Shown here: positions 52,788-64,000 of the stretch, one piece after another | Layout of the letters: the number at the start of each line of letters is the position of its first letter | How positions within the stretch are numbered: position 1 is the stretch's first letter | Origin: Eledone cirrhosa | Lineage: Eukaryota | Length of the DNA: 64,000 bases | Reading direction: 5' to 3' | Assembly (NCBI GenBank): GCA_964016885.1 | Contig: OZ024742.1 | Location: 208,940,001 to 209,004,000, forward strand | Position numbers and translations under genes: made by a program | Notes under the pieces: model-generated | The model's input: only the letters and a program-made list of their open reading frames with translations | The model's database searches: none | Told to the model about the DNA's origin: nothing

Positions 52788-52960
52788 GGCGGTGGATTGG
52801 CAGTATCGGTAGAGCACAGGACACCATGTTTCGAGGCATAGAGTTACTGCGCTTTGAGTTCTGATTTAAAATCCCCTCGAGTTTACCTTTGCCTTTCATC
52901 CTTACGGGGTCGATAAAATAAAGCACCAGTAAAGCACTGCAGTCGATTTAATAGAAACAA
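52788..52960 (+). mobile_element. tRNA-derived SINE
   Basis: ggcggtggattggcagtatcggtagagc head and conserved body. Confidence 0.82.
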
Positions 52961-53312
52961 TTAACATTCAAATGATAGTACATTAGAGATGATGTACGAA
53001 ATCCCGTGAAAGTAATCATTAGGATTCAATTGATTTATAAAAATGAATGTTGAATTTATGAATGTACGTCACTATTTAGCCGGAAACACATTACTAAATA
53101 TAAACACCTATTACGGACGGTAGATGATCAGAAATACATGCAATTAAGTATTGCTGCTGATGAAAAATAACGAGATGATCGCAACATATGAACCCATGAC
53201 GCTTGCGGTGAAATAGTGCTCAATTAAATTATACACTCCCGTTCACCTGCCTCTCTCTTTTACTCTGTCATCCATATGCAAAACTATACAAAATATACAG
53301 ATACACATACAT

Positions 53313-53394
<82 letters not shown>

Positions 53395-53400
<6 letters not shown>

Positions 53401-55272
53401 CAGATTAAAGTTTAAGCAAAGAATCGCTGCTTTCAACCTTAACGGTATCTTCTGAAACTAACAAAGTCAATCTGTAAACGCAGAAGTGAATATTTCAAAA
53501 AACGTTGCAACCGGAGGAAGACAGGAAGACTATACTTTGGTTCGTGGAAACGTTCCCTGGCAAAGAGCGGGAAAAAACGAATATTATACGTCATTAATAG
53601 GAGCGGTGAAAAACAATTACACACAAAGACAGAACCACGTTTATGTTATAAAAGAAGTCGTAGACTAATATTCTCTTAGGTGGTGCATAGAGACGTTCTC
53701 TGGCAATGAACGGAAAAAACGAAGATAATTCGTTATATATGGAGCGTGGAGAACAATTGCACGCAAAGACAAAACCACGTAAATGGTATAACTGACGTCG
53801 TAGACTAAAATTCTAACTAGGAGACAGAAGGATTCTCCGCTTCAGAGTTAAGAATAAAGTAAATAAAATACAGAGGTAATTGAAATTAAATAAATACATA
53901 CACGCATCCAAATACGTACATACACAAGCATACGCGAAAACACTTGCCATAGGTATACAAATACACGCACATAGAAATATGTGAGTGTGTGCGTGTGCGT
54001 GTATACAAATAATTAAATAAACGTATATAAATAAATAAATATGTATATAACAAGCGCACACACATACCTACATGTAAATACACAAATGTTCGGAGACGAA
54101 CGTCAACCAAAACACGAAGTACACATATACACACACCCTACATACGTACGAACCCGCATACTCACACAGACGCAAAACTCACGTATACACATAACCAGAA
54201 CCATATGTACCAGAATATATAAAATATACGCCATAACATATATAATCAAACATACGTACGAGAAAGTATACGTTCCTTCACAAAACATACAGGTAATATA
54301 TACTTACCTATGCAAATAAGTAATGGTATAAACATAACATATACAGGAAAGTGCTGTGCAATTTATGTTTACAAGCCGAAATTGCCTCAGATTTTTTGTT
54401 TAAAATGTGGTCTGTAGCGGAGAGTATTTTCAGGGCCTCAGCGGCGAAGAGGACACATGGTCATTTATTTCCGTTATACGATCTAGCCCTAGACAGGATC
54501 ACCCAGTGTAACTTATATTGGGTGTGGTTGTCTTTTAGACTCCAGATATAAGCTGAAAGTGACGTCATATTCCTTCTTAGTGGGTATCAAAAAGAATGGG
54601 TATGCATGTAAAGACGCTGCTTGAATATATTGGCGGTTAACCCTATGTAGGCCCTACGGGACGTGGGTGTTTCAACCTTACATTTGTAGACAATGTTACT
54701 AGAGAGGTATTTCCCGGATAGGCGACAATCAACCCGATTCCTACAATTACAGTTAGTACTAACTACAGGGTTGCACGAGTTCCTACGGCTAGGTAGTTTA
54801 GCGAAATTTGAAGCTGTGATGTTATGTACAAATTTAGGAGTCGTAGAGTAAGACATTTTAATAGTATTTCTATTAAATAATTTACTATATTTATGTGTAG
54901 GGGGAAAATGCTTCGTAATAAGGGATAGAAAGATCTTAGCTAATGGTGTGGCCACCTCCATATTATATGGTGGGTTATACCATATAATGCGTCGGGATCT
55001 ATTTCTTCTAGGTCTATTCTCGTACTCTGTATATGCTACCTTATCGATAAATCCACTCCGAGCAAGGGCTTCATTGTAATTTGTAATATGTGGAATGGTC
55101 GTTGAAAATATGCTCGTTAGTAGATAGACGGGAAAGGCTCAGAGAAACGTTTCTCACCAGGTTCTTGGTTATGCTGGCAGGATGATTGGAATGCTTACTT
55201 ATGTAATTAAGCGTATCATTCGGCTTTCTATACGGGTAATACAAGCCATACGATAAATGAGGGTAACGTCGA
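53395..55272 (-). mobile_element. Penelope-like element family B, left (short) arm
   Basis: Inverted copy of about 55923-57871. ORF 54587..54961 has CNCRNRVDC...SNIVYKC...YIGLTAN (GIY-YIG). Confidence 0.92.
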
Positions 55273-57977
55273 GCCCCACTTTATCCTGAAGGATCTCAAA
55301 TCCAATTTTCCGAACAAACCCACTATTCGGCTTATTAACCCTACGAAGTTCGATTTAGGGAGACTTAGTAAAAGGATTATTGATAGAATTATACCTAAAA
55401 TTAGAATGTTGGCCCCTCTTGCACTGTGGAACAATTCTTTCGCGGTGATTGATTGGTTCAACGGTATATGCAACAAGGAACATTGCCGTTTTATCCAATT
55501 CGACATCAATAATTACTACTCCTCCATCACTTTACCACTTCTCCTTAGAGCTATCAATTTCACTAAAACACTCACAGTGGTTAAGGATTTCGAAGTTGAT
55601 GTCATGTTCAATGCCCGTAAGTCGGTGATTAATTTCGACGACTCTATTTGGATTAAAAAATTTAATAGTACCCCATTCGACGTGAGTATGGGCGCCAGCA
55701 ATTCTGCGGAGCATATTGATCTTATCGGCCTTTTCCTTCTTTTCTCTATCAAGGACGAATTCCCCAAGGTGGGCGGTGGTTTGTACCGTGATGATGGCCT
55801 TTTGACCATGACTAAGTGCGGCCCTCGTGCTTGAGACAGGTTCCGAAAAGAACTCACAGCCTTCTTTAAAGGCTTCAACCTCTCTATACAGGTTGAGACC
55901 AACCTCTCGGTTGTTAATTACCCCGACGTTACCCTCAATTTATCGAATGGCTTGTATTACCCGTATAGAAAGCCGAATGATACGCTTAATTACATAAGTA
56001 AGCATTCCAACCATCCTGCCAGCATAACCAAGAACCTGGTAAGAAACGTTTCTTTGAAGCTTTCCCGTCTATCCACTAACGAGCATATGTTCAACGACCA
56101 TTCCACATATTACAATGAAGCTCTTGCTCGGAGTGGATTTGTCGATAAAGTAGCATATACAGAGTACGAGAGAATAGACCTAGAAGAAATAGATCCCGAC
56201 GCATTATATGGTATAACCCACCATATAATATGGAGGAGGCCACACCATTAGCTAAGATCTTTCTATCCCTTATTACGAAGCATTTTCCCCTACACATAAA
56301 TATAGTAAATTGTTTAATAGAAATACTATTAAAATTTCTTACTCTACGACTCCTAAACTTGCACATAACATCACAGCTTCAAATTTAGCTAAACTACCTA
56401 GCCGTAGGAACACGTGCAACCCTGTAGTTAGTACTAACTGTAATTGTAGGAATCGGGTTGATTGCTCCCTATCCGGGAAATGCCTCTCGAGTAATATTGT
56501 CTACAAATGTAAGGTTGAAACACCCACATCCCGTAGGGCCCATAGGATTAACCGCCAATAAATTCAAGCAGCGTCTTTACATGCATACCCATTCTTTTCG
56601 TTACCCTCTAAGAAGGAATATGACATCACTTTCAGCTTATATCTGGAGTCTAAAAGACAACCACACCCAATATAAGTTACACTGGGTGATCCTAGCTAGG
56701 GCTAGATCGTATAACGGAAATAAAAACCCATGTGTCTTCTGCGCCGCTGAGGCCCTGGAAATACTCTACGCCACAGACCACAATTTTAAACAAAAAATCT
56801 GAGGCAATTTCGGCTTGTAAACATAAATTGCACAAAACCTTCCTGTATTACAGCCCCACATTATACCCTAACGGATAGTACGATCTATACGCGGATATTT
56901 TACATCTTCATGTGGTAGCTAAGTATATGTTATGTTTATACCATTACTTACTTTCATAGGTAAGTATATATTACCTGTATGTTTTGTGAAGGTACGTATA
57001 CTTTCTCGTACGTATATTTGATTGTATATGTTATGGCGTATATTTTATATATTCTGGTACATATGGTTTTGTTTATGTGTATACGTGAGTTTTGCGTCTG
57101 TGTGAGTATGCGTGTTCGTACGTATGTAGGGTGTGTGTATATATGTACTTCGTGTTTTGGTTGACGTACATCTCCGAACATTTCTGTATTTACATATAGG
57201 TATGTGTGTGCGCTTGTTATATACGTATTTATAATTTATATACGTTTATTTAATTATTTGTATACACGCACACGCACACACACACATATTTATATTTGCG
57301 TGTAATTGTATACTTATGGCGAGTGTTTTCGCGTTTGATTGTGTATGTACGTATTTGGATGCGTGTATGTATTTATTTAATTTCAATTACCTCTGTATTT
57401 TATTTACTTTATTCTTAACTCTGACGCGGAGAATCATTCGATTTCCTAGTTAGAATTTTAGTCTACAACGTCAGTTATACCATTTACGTGGTTTTGTCTT
57501 TGCGTGCAATTGTTCTCCACGCTCCACATATGACGTATTATCTTCGTATTTTCCGTTCATTGCCAGAGAACGTCTCTATGAACCACCTAAGAGAATATTA
57601 GTCTACGACTTCTTTTATACCATAAACGTGGTTCTGTCTTTGCGTGTAATTGTTTTTCACAACTCCAAATAATGACGTATTATATTCGTTTTTTCCCGTT
57701 ATTTGCCAGGGAACGTTTCCACGAACCAAAGTATCGTCTTCCTGTCTTCCTCCGGCTGCAACGTTTCTTGAAATATTCACTTCTGCGGTTACACATTGAC
57801 TTTGTTAGTTTCAGAAGATCCCGTTAAGGGTGAAAGCAGCGATTCTTTGCTTAAACTTTAATTTGTTATTTTAATAAATATTCACTCTACGGTTCTTATA
57901 TATTTGATATATATTTAACCTTATCGAGCCCTCTTTGGATTTTAGTCTTAAAATTTATTAGTATTACTATATATATA
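55273..57977 (+). mobile_element. Penelope-like element family B, right (long) arm, decayed RT + GIY-YIG
   Basis: FILKDLKSNF...RLINPTK, FIQFDINNYYSSIT, FDVSMGA, GLYRDDGL, PYRKPND, SNHP, NIVYKC. About 1.1 kb 3' region with an extra tail of about 105 bp ending in tatata. Confidence 0.92.
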
Positions 57978-58351
57978 CTTCAATTTATTATAATAAATTT
58001 ATAAATCTAGGAATTTATAAATTTTCGGTTGGTTGGTTGGTTGGTTGGTTCCACAACCAGATGATTGTTTATATATTGTCAAAGTTCTTTCGTCACATAT
58101 TCTGTGACCTCTTCAGTGACTGGGGATTCTTTTCTTTGTTTTTGTGCCTCTCCTTTGTTCTGTCCTACGCCATCTTGTTTTTGTGTGTGTTCTGTGCTTA
58201 GTTTGCGCATGTGTTACATCCGGGTGTCTGTGTGTGTTTATATTTGTTTATTTATTTGTTTATTTACATGTTACTGGTTGGTTGTTTGTTCTATGTGCGT
58301 GTGTGTTTTCATTTTGTCCTTAATTGTAAGTTGTGATGTTGCTGTTCCAAT
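57978..58351 (-). mobile_element. Solo PLE family A' 3' fragment abutting the family B tail
   Basis: Aligns to 9808-10172; contains the hammerhead at 58078-58120. Confidence 0.88.
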
Positions 58352-58376
58352 ATATATATATTTATATATATATATT

Positions 58377-58477
<101 letters not shown>

Positions 58478-58809
58478 CAAAACATATACTGAGTAATCTC
58501 TTGATATTTGATTTCGAGTGTATGTACAAGCGTCCATTGTATTAGAGCAAGTTCACTCTTTTCGAGTAATATCAAATCCAGTGTCTGTTGAGTATTTTTA
58601 TGAACCCAGAAAGATGAAAGAGAAACTTAAATCCGGTTAGTGTATGAACTCAAAACGCAAAGAAACATAACTAAATATCGCAAACGTTTCTATGCCACCC
58701 TACCTTCCCTACCAAACAACTTCCTCTTTTCGAGACTTCATTATCACGTCACGTTTGACATGATTGTAAGTCTCTATTTATTTTACAGAAAATGAGATCA
58801 AGGATCACT

Positions 58810-58886
<77 letters not shown>

Positions 58887-58921
58887 GTGCGTGCGTGCGT
58901 ATGTGTGTGTGGGAGTTTGTC

Positions 58922-59003
<82 letters not shown>

Positions 59004-61669
59004 CATATGTATATATATATATACATACATACACACATATATACATACATACATACATACATATATACATACATGCAAATGTATGTATGTGCATAGCTGT
59101 GTTTAATGATTATTTGAGTGTATAATGTGTGTGGTATGTTTGTGTATGTTTATCCATATGTGTATGTTAGTGTGTCCACAATTCGCACTTTATCTATGCA
59201 AGAGATCGGCAGTATTTCTCTATTCTAAATAATAAATAAGAGTCAACACTGGAAGCTTGTGTTTATTGTACGTGAGTTCTGAATAGCAGTTATCAGAATT
59301 TATAGTAAGGGAAACTGAAATTGTCGTCAGCCAGTCGGTTCATCTACATATAAGGTTTTGTTAACGATCATTCCCTATTAGCGATTGTATGGGGACAGAG
59401 ATAGCAATTCTAAAATTGAAATCCATAATATATGTAAACGTGATGTATGTGATATCAATGACTGAGCTTAAAGTGTTCTAAAGCTGGATTAGATTTGATC
59501 ATTTTACAGTCTATGCAGCTGCATTCTGCGGGTACTTTCATACCGATAAATGATTCTTCAAAAACTACCACTGTTTCTTTATTACCATATTAAATCCCCT
59601 TAATACTATCCTACAAAGGATAGACGAGAATAAAATAGTTTTACAAACAATGAAATGAGTGAATAATACCCCCATCAGCCTCTTTTTAGTTTTTTTTCGT
59701 ATCTTTTTTTTTTTTTTCGTTTTGCTCTTTAAGACAATAATTAAGAATAAAATTAGAAAATAAAATCCAGAAGGATGACGTTAATTTTAACAAACATACA
59801 TGACTAAATGACATAAACAGTGCATGCATGCTGCTTCTTGGACTTAAAAGTAGATATGATGAATTGTATAAGATAATTTCTTTTAACTTTTAAACTCTTC
59901 TGTTGAGAGCACGCAATAGAAATTATAAAAATATTCTCGCAAAATATTCTATTCCCAGTAAATATTTATGATACGTTTTAGTCTATAAAAGATAATTACA
60001 TTTTACAATCACATTTAATACTGAAAGAAGAGTAGATTTGATAATAACAACTATAGGAATTAATATAATTAACAAAAGAAACCAACTATAAAAGTCGACA
60101 TCTATAGAAACCATTAGCGATTAAATACAAAAAGACATTAATTTATAGAAAGCTAGCTGTGTGTGCCGGCCTTGCACAGACGGTAGTAATAATCATAAAT
60201 ATATAGCTTTTATATGATGAGACACTTATAATCGAAAAATAACATTAGAATTAGATGTCCAGGATAATATTGCGCATCAACATCACTTTCAAACGTTTTT
60301 ACCATTCATGATCGGTTCACTGATATGATAATGAAAAGCTTTCGAAGTCAACTTTCTATCATTGAATGGTACCAGTTTCAGGCAAGCATGATATTTATAA
60401 TGACCAGTTTCTATAGTAGAATATCTAGACTTTGCAGAAAATTAAAGAATTCAATGATTATTCATGGATATATTTTTTTCGAGAAGAGATGTTCTCTCTT
60501 TTTTTTTTTAATACTTTATGAATAGTATTCATCACAGTAATAGTATCCGGCTTAGAAAAGTAGATACATCGAGAATAAAATGTTATATAAATTCTATGAA
60601 AACGTTTCTTTCTCTTCCAAAAATAATGCTCTTAGGATTAGAGACAACATACAATGTCTTCACTGTTACGAATTGAGAATCTTTTGCGAACTAACAAAAT
60701 AAATCAGTATTTAGCATATTTAATGTCTTGCCTGGAAATGTTAATATTATTACTAGTTATATACCATTTATTACTAGTTATATACCATTTTCAAAGTAAA
60801 TATAAGACAAAATAATCAATAAGATTTTCTTTCGTGTGACATTAAGACATGTATTTACGCATTCAATTTGAATGGAAATAATTAATATCTGGAAGATCTT
60901 GGAAACAATGGAACGATATGTTGAAAAGCTATGGAAATCTCCAAACCGTATGAGACTGCTTAGTGTCAGAAGTTACGGCTTCTTCGTTTTGAATTCGGAC
61001 TATATACTTTTATAACTTGGGATTCAAAGTTCCTCAGATCTTCATATTTTCTTTAAAATTTCAGGAAACACATAGACGTAAAAAAGGGTTATACATTGTA
61101 CTTTCAATTATCAAAAACTAAACTCCTGTAAAAGTTACGTATGATTGCAACGATATCAAACTCCTTTATTTAGCATATAACAAACAAAAATAAGACAATA
61201 ATAGCAATGAGTACAGTGCTCCATGATGGTCTGGTAGCCGAAACAAAGAGAATGAGAATTGAGAACAAACATATGTAATTTCCCTTATAATTATGGTGTA
61301 TTTAAAAACATTTATAATTTTGCAATATCAAAGTTATAACAAAGAGAAAGTGGATTATGTTAAAATCTTGTTTCTGAACAGATTAAATGTGCGAAAAATT
61401 CTACGTTTCGTTGATGCGAGAGATAGTTACAAGAAAAGATTTATCTCACAAATAAATGAATACACATTTTATTGATAATTAGCCAAATAGTGGAAGAACA
61501 CTTAATCTAAATACCATCAATGTAGCTTGGCCATGTCTGTTTGGGTCCCAGATGTGATTTGAAGAAGTAGTATCTTGATAAATGTCGTAATGTTTATCGT
61601 TAGAAAATTACTTACACTCTATATTTGTAACTGATAGATATTTATTGACGCGATGTAATTTTAGACTTA

Positions 61670-61825
61670 AAGCGGCGAATTGGGAGTGTCTTCAGAATGT
61701 CGGATAGAATGTTTTATGATATTCGTTCCAGCTCTCTGCTCTCTGAGTTCAAATCCCGCCGAAGTCAATTTTGCCTTTCATCCATTCGAGGTCGATAAAA
61801 ATGTATCAGTCTAGTACTGGGTTCG
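61670..61825 (+). mobile_element. tRNA-derived SINE, diverged
   Basis: gagttcaaatcccgccgaagtcaattttgcctttcatcc. Confidence 0.78.
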
Positions 61826-63394
61826 ATTCTTCCTCTATATCTCTTTCTCATTTCCTCTATCTCTCATTTTCTATGCTTCTCTGGAAGAAATCTGCTGTAC
61901 TTAGGCCTGGAGAGGAATAGGCTTCGCCAGGCTTAAAATGCCCCCCAAAACGACGTATGTCAATACTGCACTCCTACTATTCCACCAGGAGTTACGCCAC
62001 CATACAATACCGTACCATACACATTTCAGAGTTACATCTTCAGACCACAACAATATTAGTGCTACTAGTTCATTTTGAAACAAAGAATCAGTCTTAAATT
62101 TATTACCCAATTGATTCAACACACGGAAAAATTTAAAATGTTTAAGTATCTGGAGTAGTGGTGGTAGTAGTATAAGTAGTAGTAGTAGTAGTAGTAGTAG
62201 TTACATATATATATAAATGTATACGTATATATATGTATCTATTTATTGGGAGGGGGTATGTGCTTGTGACACGTGTATTAGTGTATATTGGTTTTATATC
62301 AATTTGATAAAGATTAAATATTGTTAGATCTAGATTATTACGAATTGTTGCGCAACGGGTAACATGTAAGTTAATGCAACCTGTCATATCGTCCGTCATC
62401 GGCAACAAAACTGTCAATTCTTGCAAACTTGCTTGGTGAGGACGGTGATTTCTGAACAGCCTGCGTGATGAAAACTAAAACCCGTCAAAATCTGGAGAAC
62501 ATCAGGAGAGTCAACGGGTATAGAATTTTCTGTGAAATAAAACGAGTAGAGGAAGCGCATGATTGGCAGACTATCAAAGAAAAGTATCAGTCTGATTTCA
62601 AAACAAGGTTAGGTGCGAGTCATTAGCCACCTTGGTGACAAACTTTGAAGTGGTCAAGAGCGTCATCTTTGTGATGAAGGCGATTGAGATGAGGCTGGGT
62701 AGCCAGCGTCCGAGTAATGGTCAGACGAGAAATTAGAATACACTGGTCCCCTTTTTTCCCGATGAGAATCATCTATATACAGCATAAATTAGCATTGGTA
62801 CAGTTGTCCATGGTCCTCTATTCTCAGTAATAAACAGGAGAAGATACCAAAATCAACAAGAATGGGGAAATTTGTTTCCTGTTGATTCAGAAGGGGAAAT
62901 AATTTTCATTTGGTTTGCAAATCTGTTTTATTTTGATTCAACACTTTTTTATTCCGGAAATTACAATTATCTTCAAATATATGTTTTTACCAGACAGTCA
63001 CATGTAAAATTAACCCTAATGTTTTAGCAAAAAACATATGTAACTCAGGAAGAGGACAATCTATATAAAAAACAGCCAAAATTTTCCTGTAAATCCTAAA
63101 ATTCTAGACAGAAATTATATCTTAGCCAGTATCTTAGCCATATTTCCCTAAAGTCTTATTAAATCAGTGATTTTGTTTCAGTAAATTTTTTAACAGACAA
63201 AACGCTGGATTGTATTACATACAAATATGTAGGGTGGACCAATTTGTGCTCAAGTTTCCTATCCTCAACTTCCTCATCTAATTGACGGCTGTATTCTTTT
63301 ATTGCAGCGATAATGCATTACATATCCCACGTTTCACTAAAACTGAAACGGTTATGCGTTGACAAGATTCTATGACATAAATATCATGTGTATT

Positions 63395-63474
<80 letters not shown>

Positions 63475-63669
63475 TAAAAAGTATACATATACAACGAAGC
63501 AAACAAGACAGTTCAATGAAACATATATTATTTTAACGCTTGATATTGTAAGAAAAGTGTATTTACGTTTCGAGCACTAGACTTTTATCAGAAGATAAAC
63601 AGAGAAAAAAAATATGAAATAGAAAGATAGAAGGAAAAGGAAAGAACGGAAAAAGCACGTGTGAATTCA

Positions 63670-63710
<41 letters not shown>

Positions 63711-63874
63711 AGCGGTGATATTATGTGTGTGTATGCGTGATTTTTAATCCGCATGATTTTTAATCACATTTTTAAAGACATGATTTTTGTTATATGTTTA
63801 TATCCTTGTGGCTAAAAATACATGATTTTGGGGAAAATATTGTGGATTGACATATTTTTTAGTGGGTCGGATAA

Positions 63875-63995
63875 GCTGCTTTACTCTATTTGTATAGGCT
63901 CTTACGTTCTAGGTTCACATCTTACCGATGTCAACGTTGGTTTTCATGCATCCAATTCGATAGAATAATTTACCTGTTAAGTACCAAGGTCAATT
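63875..63995 (+). mobile_element. Highly decayed SINE
   Basis: cgttctaggttcacatcttaccgatgtcaacgttggttttcatgc resembles the B box and body. Confidence 0.45.
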
Positions 63996-64000
63996 TAATT

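Noticed and set aside
57808-57845. CAGAAGA-tccc...gggt-GAAA in family B as a hammerhead
   Set aside because: U4 is replaced and no NUH site or stem I can be drawn, so it is left uncalled.
61880-62960. Possible old LINE fragment on the minus strand (and coding-like sequence at 36000-36500)
   Set aside because: No diagnostic motif could be read confidently without a search.

Overview
AT-rich, repeat-saturated eukaryotic DNA with no convincing multi-exon host gene. The abundant tRNA-derived SINE and the (TA)n/(CATA)n/(CA)n load suggest an octopod cephalopod; this is pattern recognition, not a database result. Real coding remnants are retroelements: three Penelope-like elements (PLEs; RT plus C-terminal GIY-YIG), an R4/Dong-type REL LINE sitting in (CATA)n, and several RTE-type LINEs. 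Helitron/Helentron-type fragments and about 15 SINE copies are also present. Most listed ORFs are microsatellite translations. The unusual signal is architectural. About 11 insertions from roughly 8 families share one layout: two 5'-truncated copies joined head-to-head with their 3' ends pointing outward, mostly into (TA)n arrays, and usually one arm carrying an extra 50-105 bp tail. One of these (45581-46947) is a non-coding array of apparently identical 308-bp units, each with a type I hammerhead ribozyme, i.e. a candidate circRNA-producing retrozyme carrying a PLE-like insertion signature. A second, older hammerhead tandem family lies at 23.7 and 26.5 kb. About 20 intact, variant or decayed hammerhead motifs are visible in total. 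Boundaries and identities were read by eye and are approximate.
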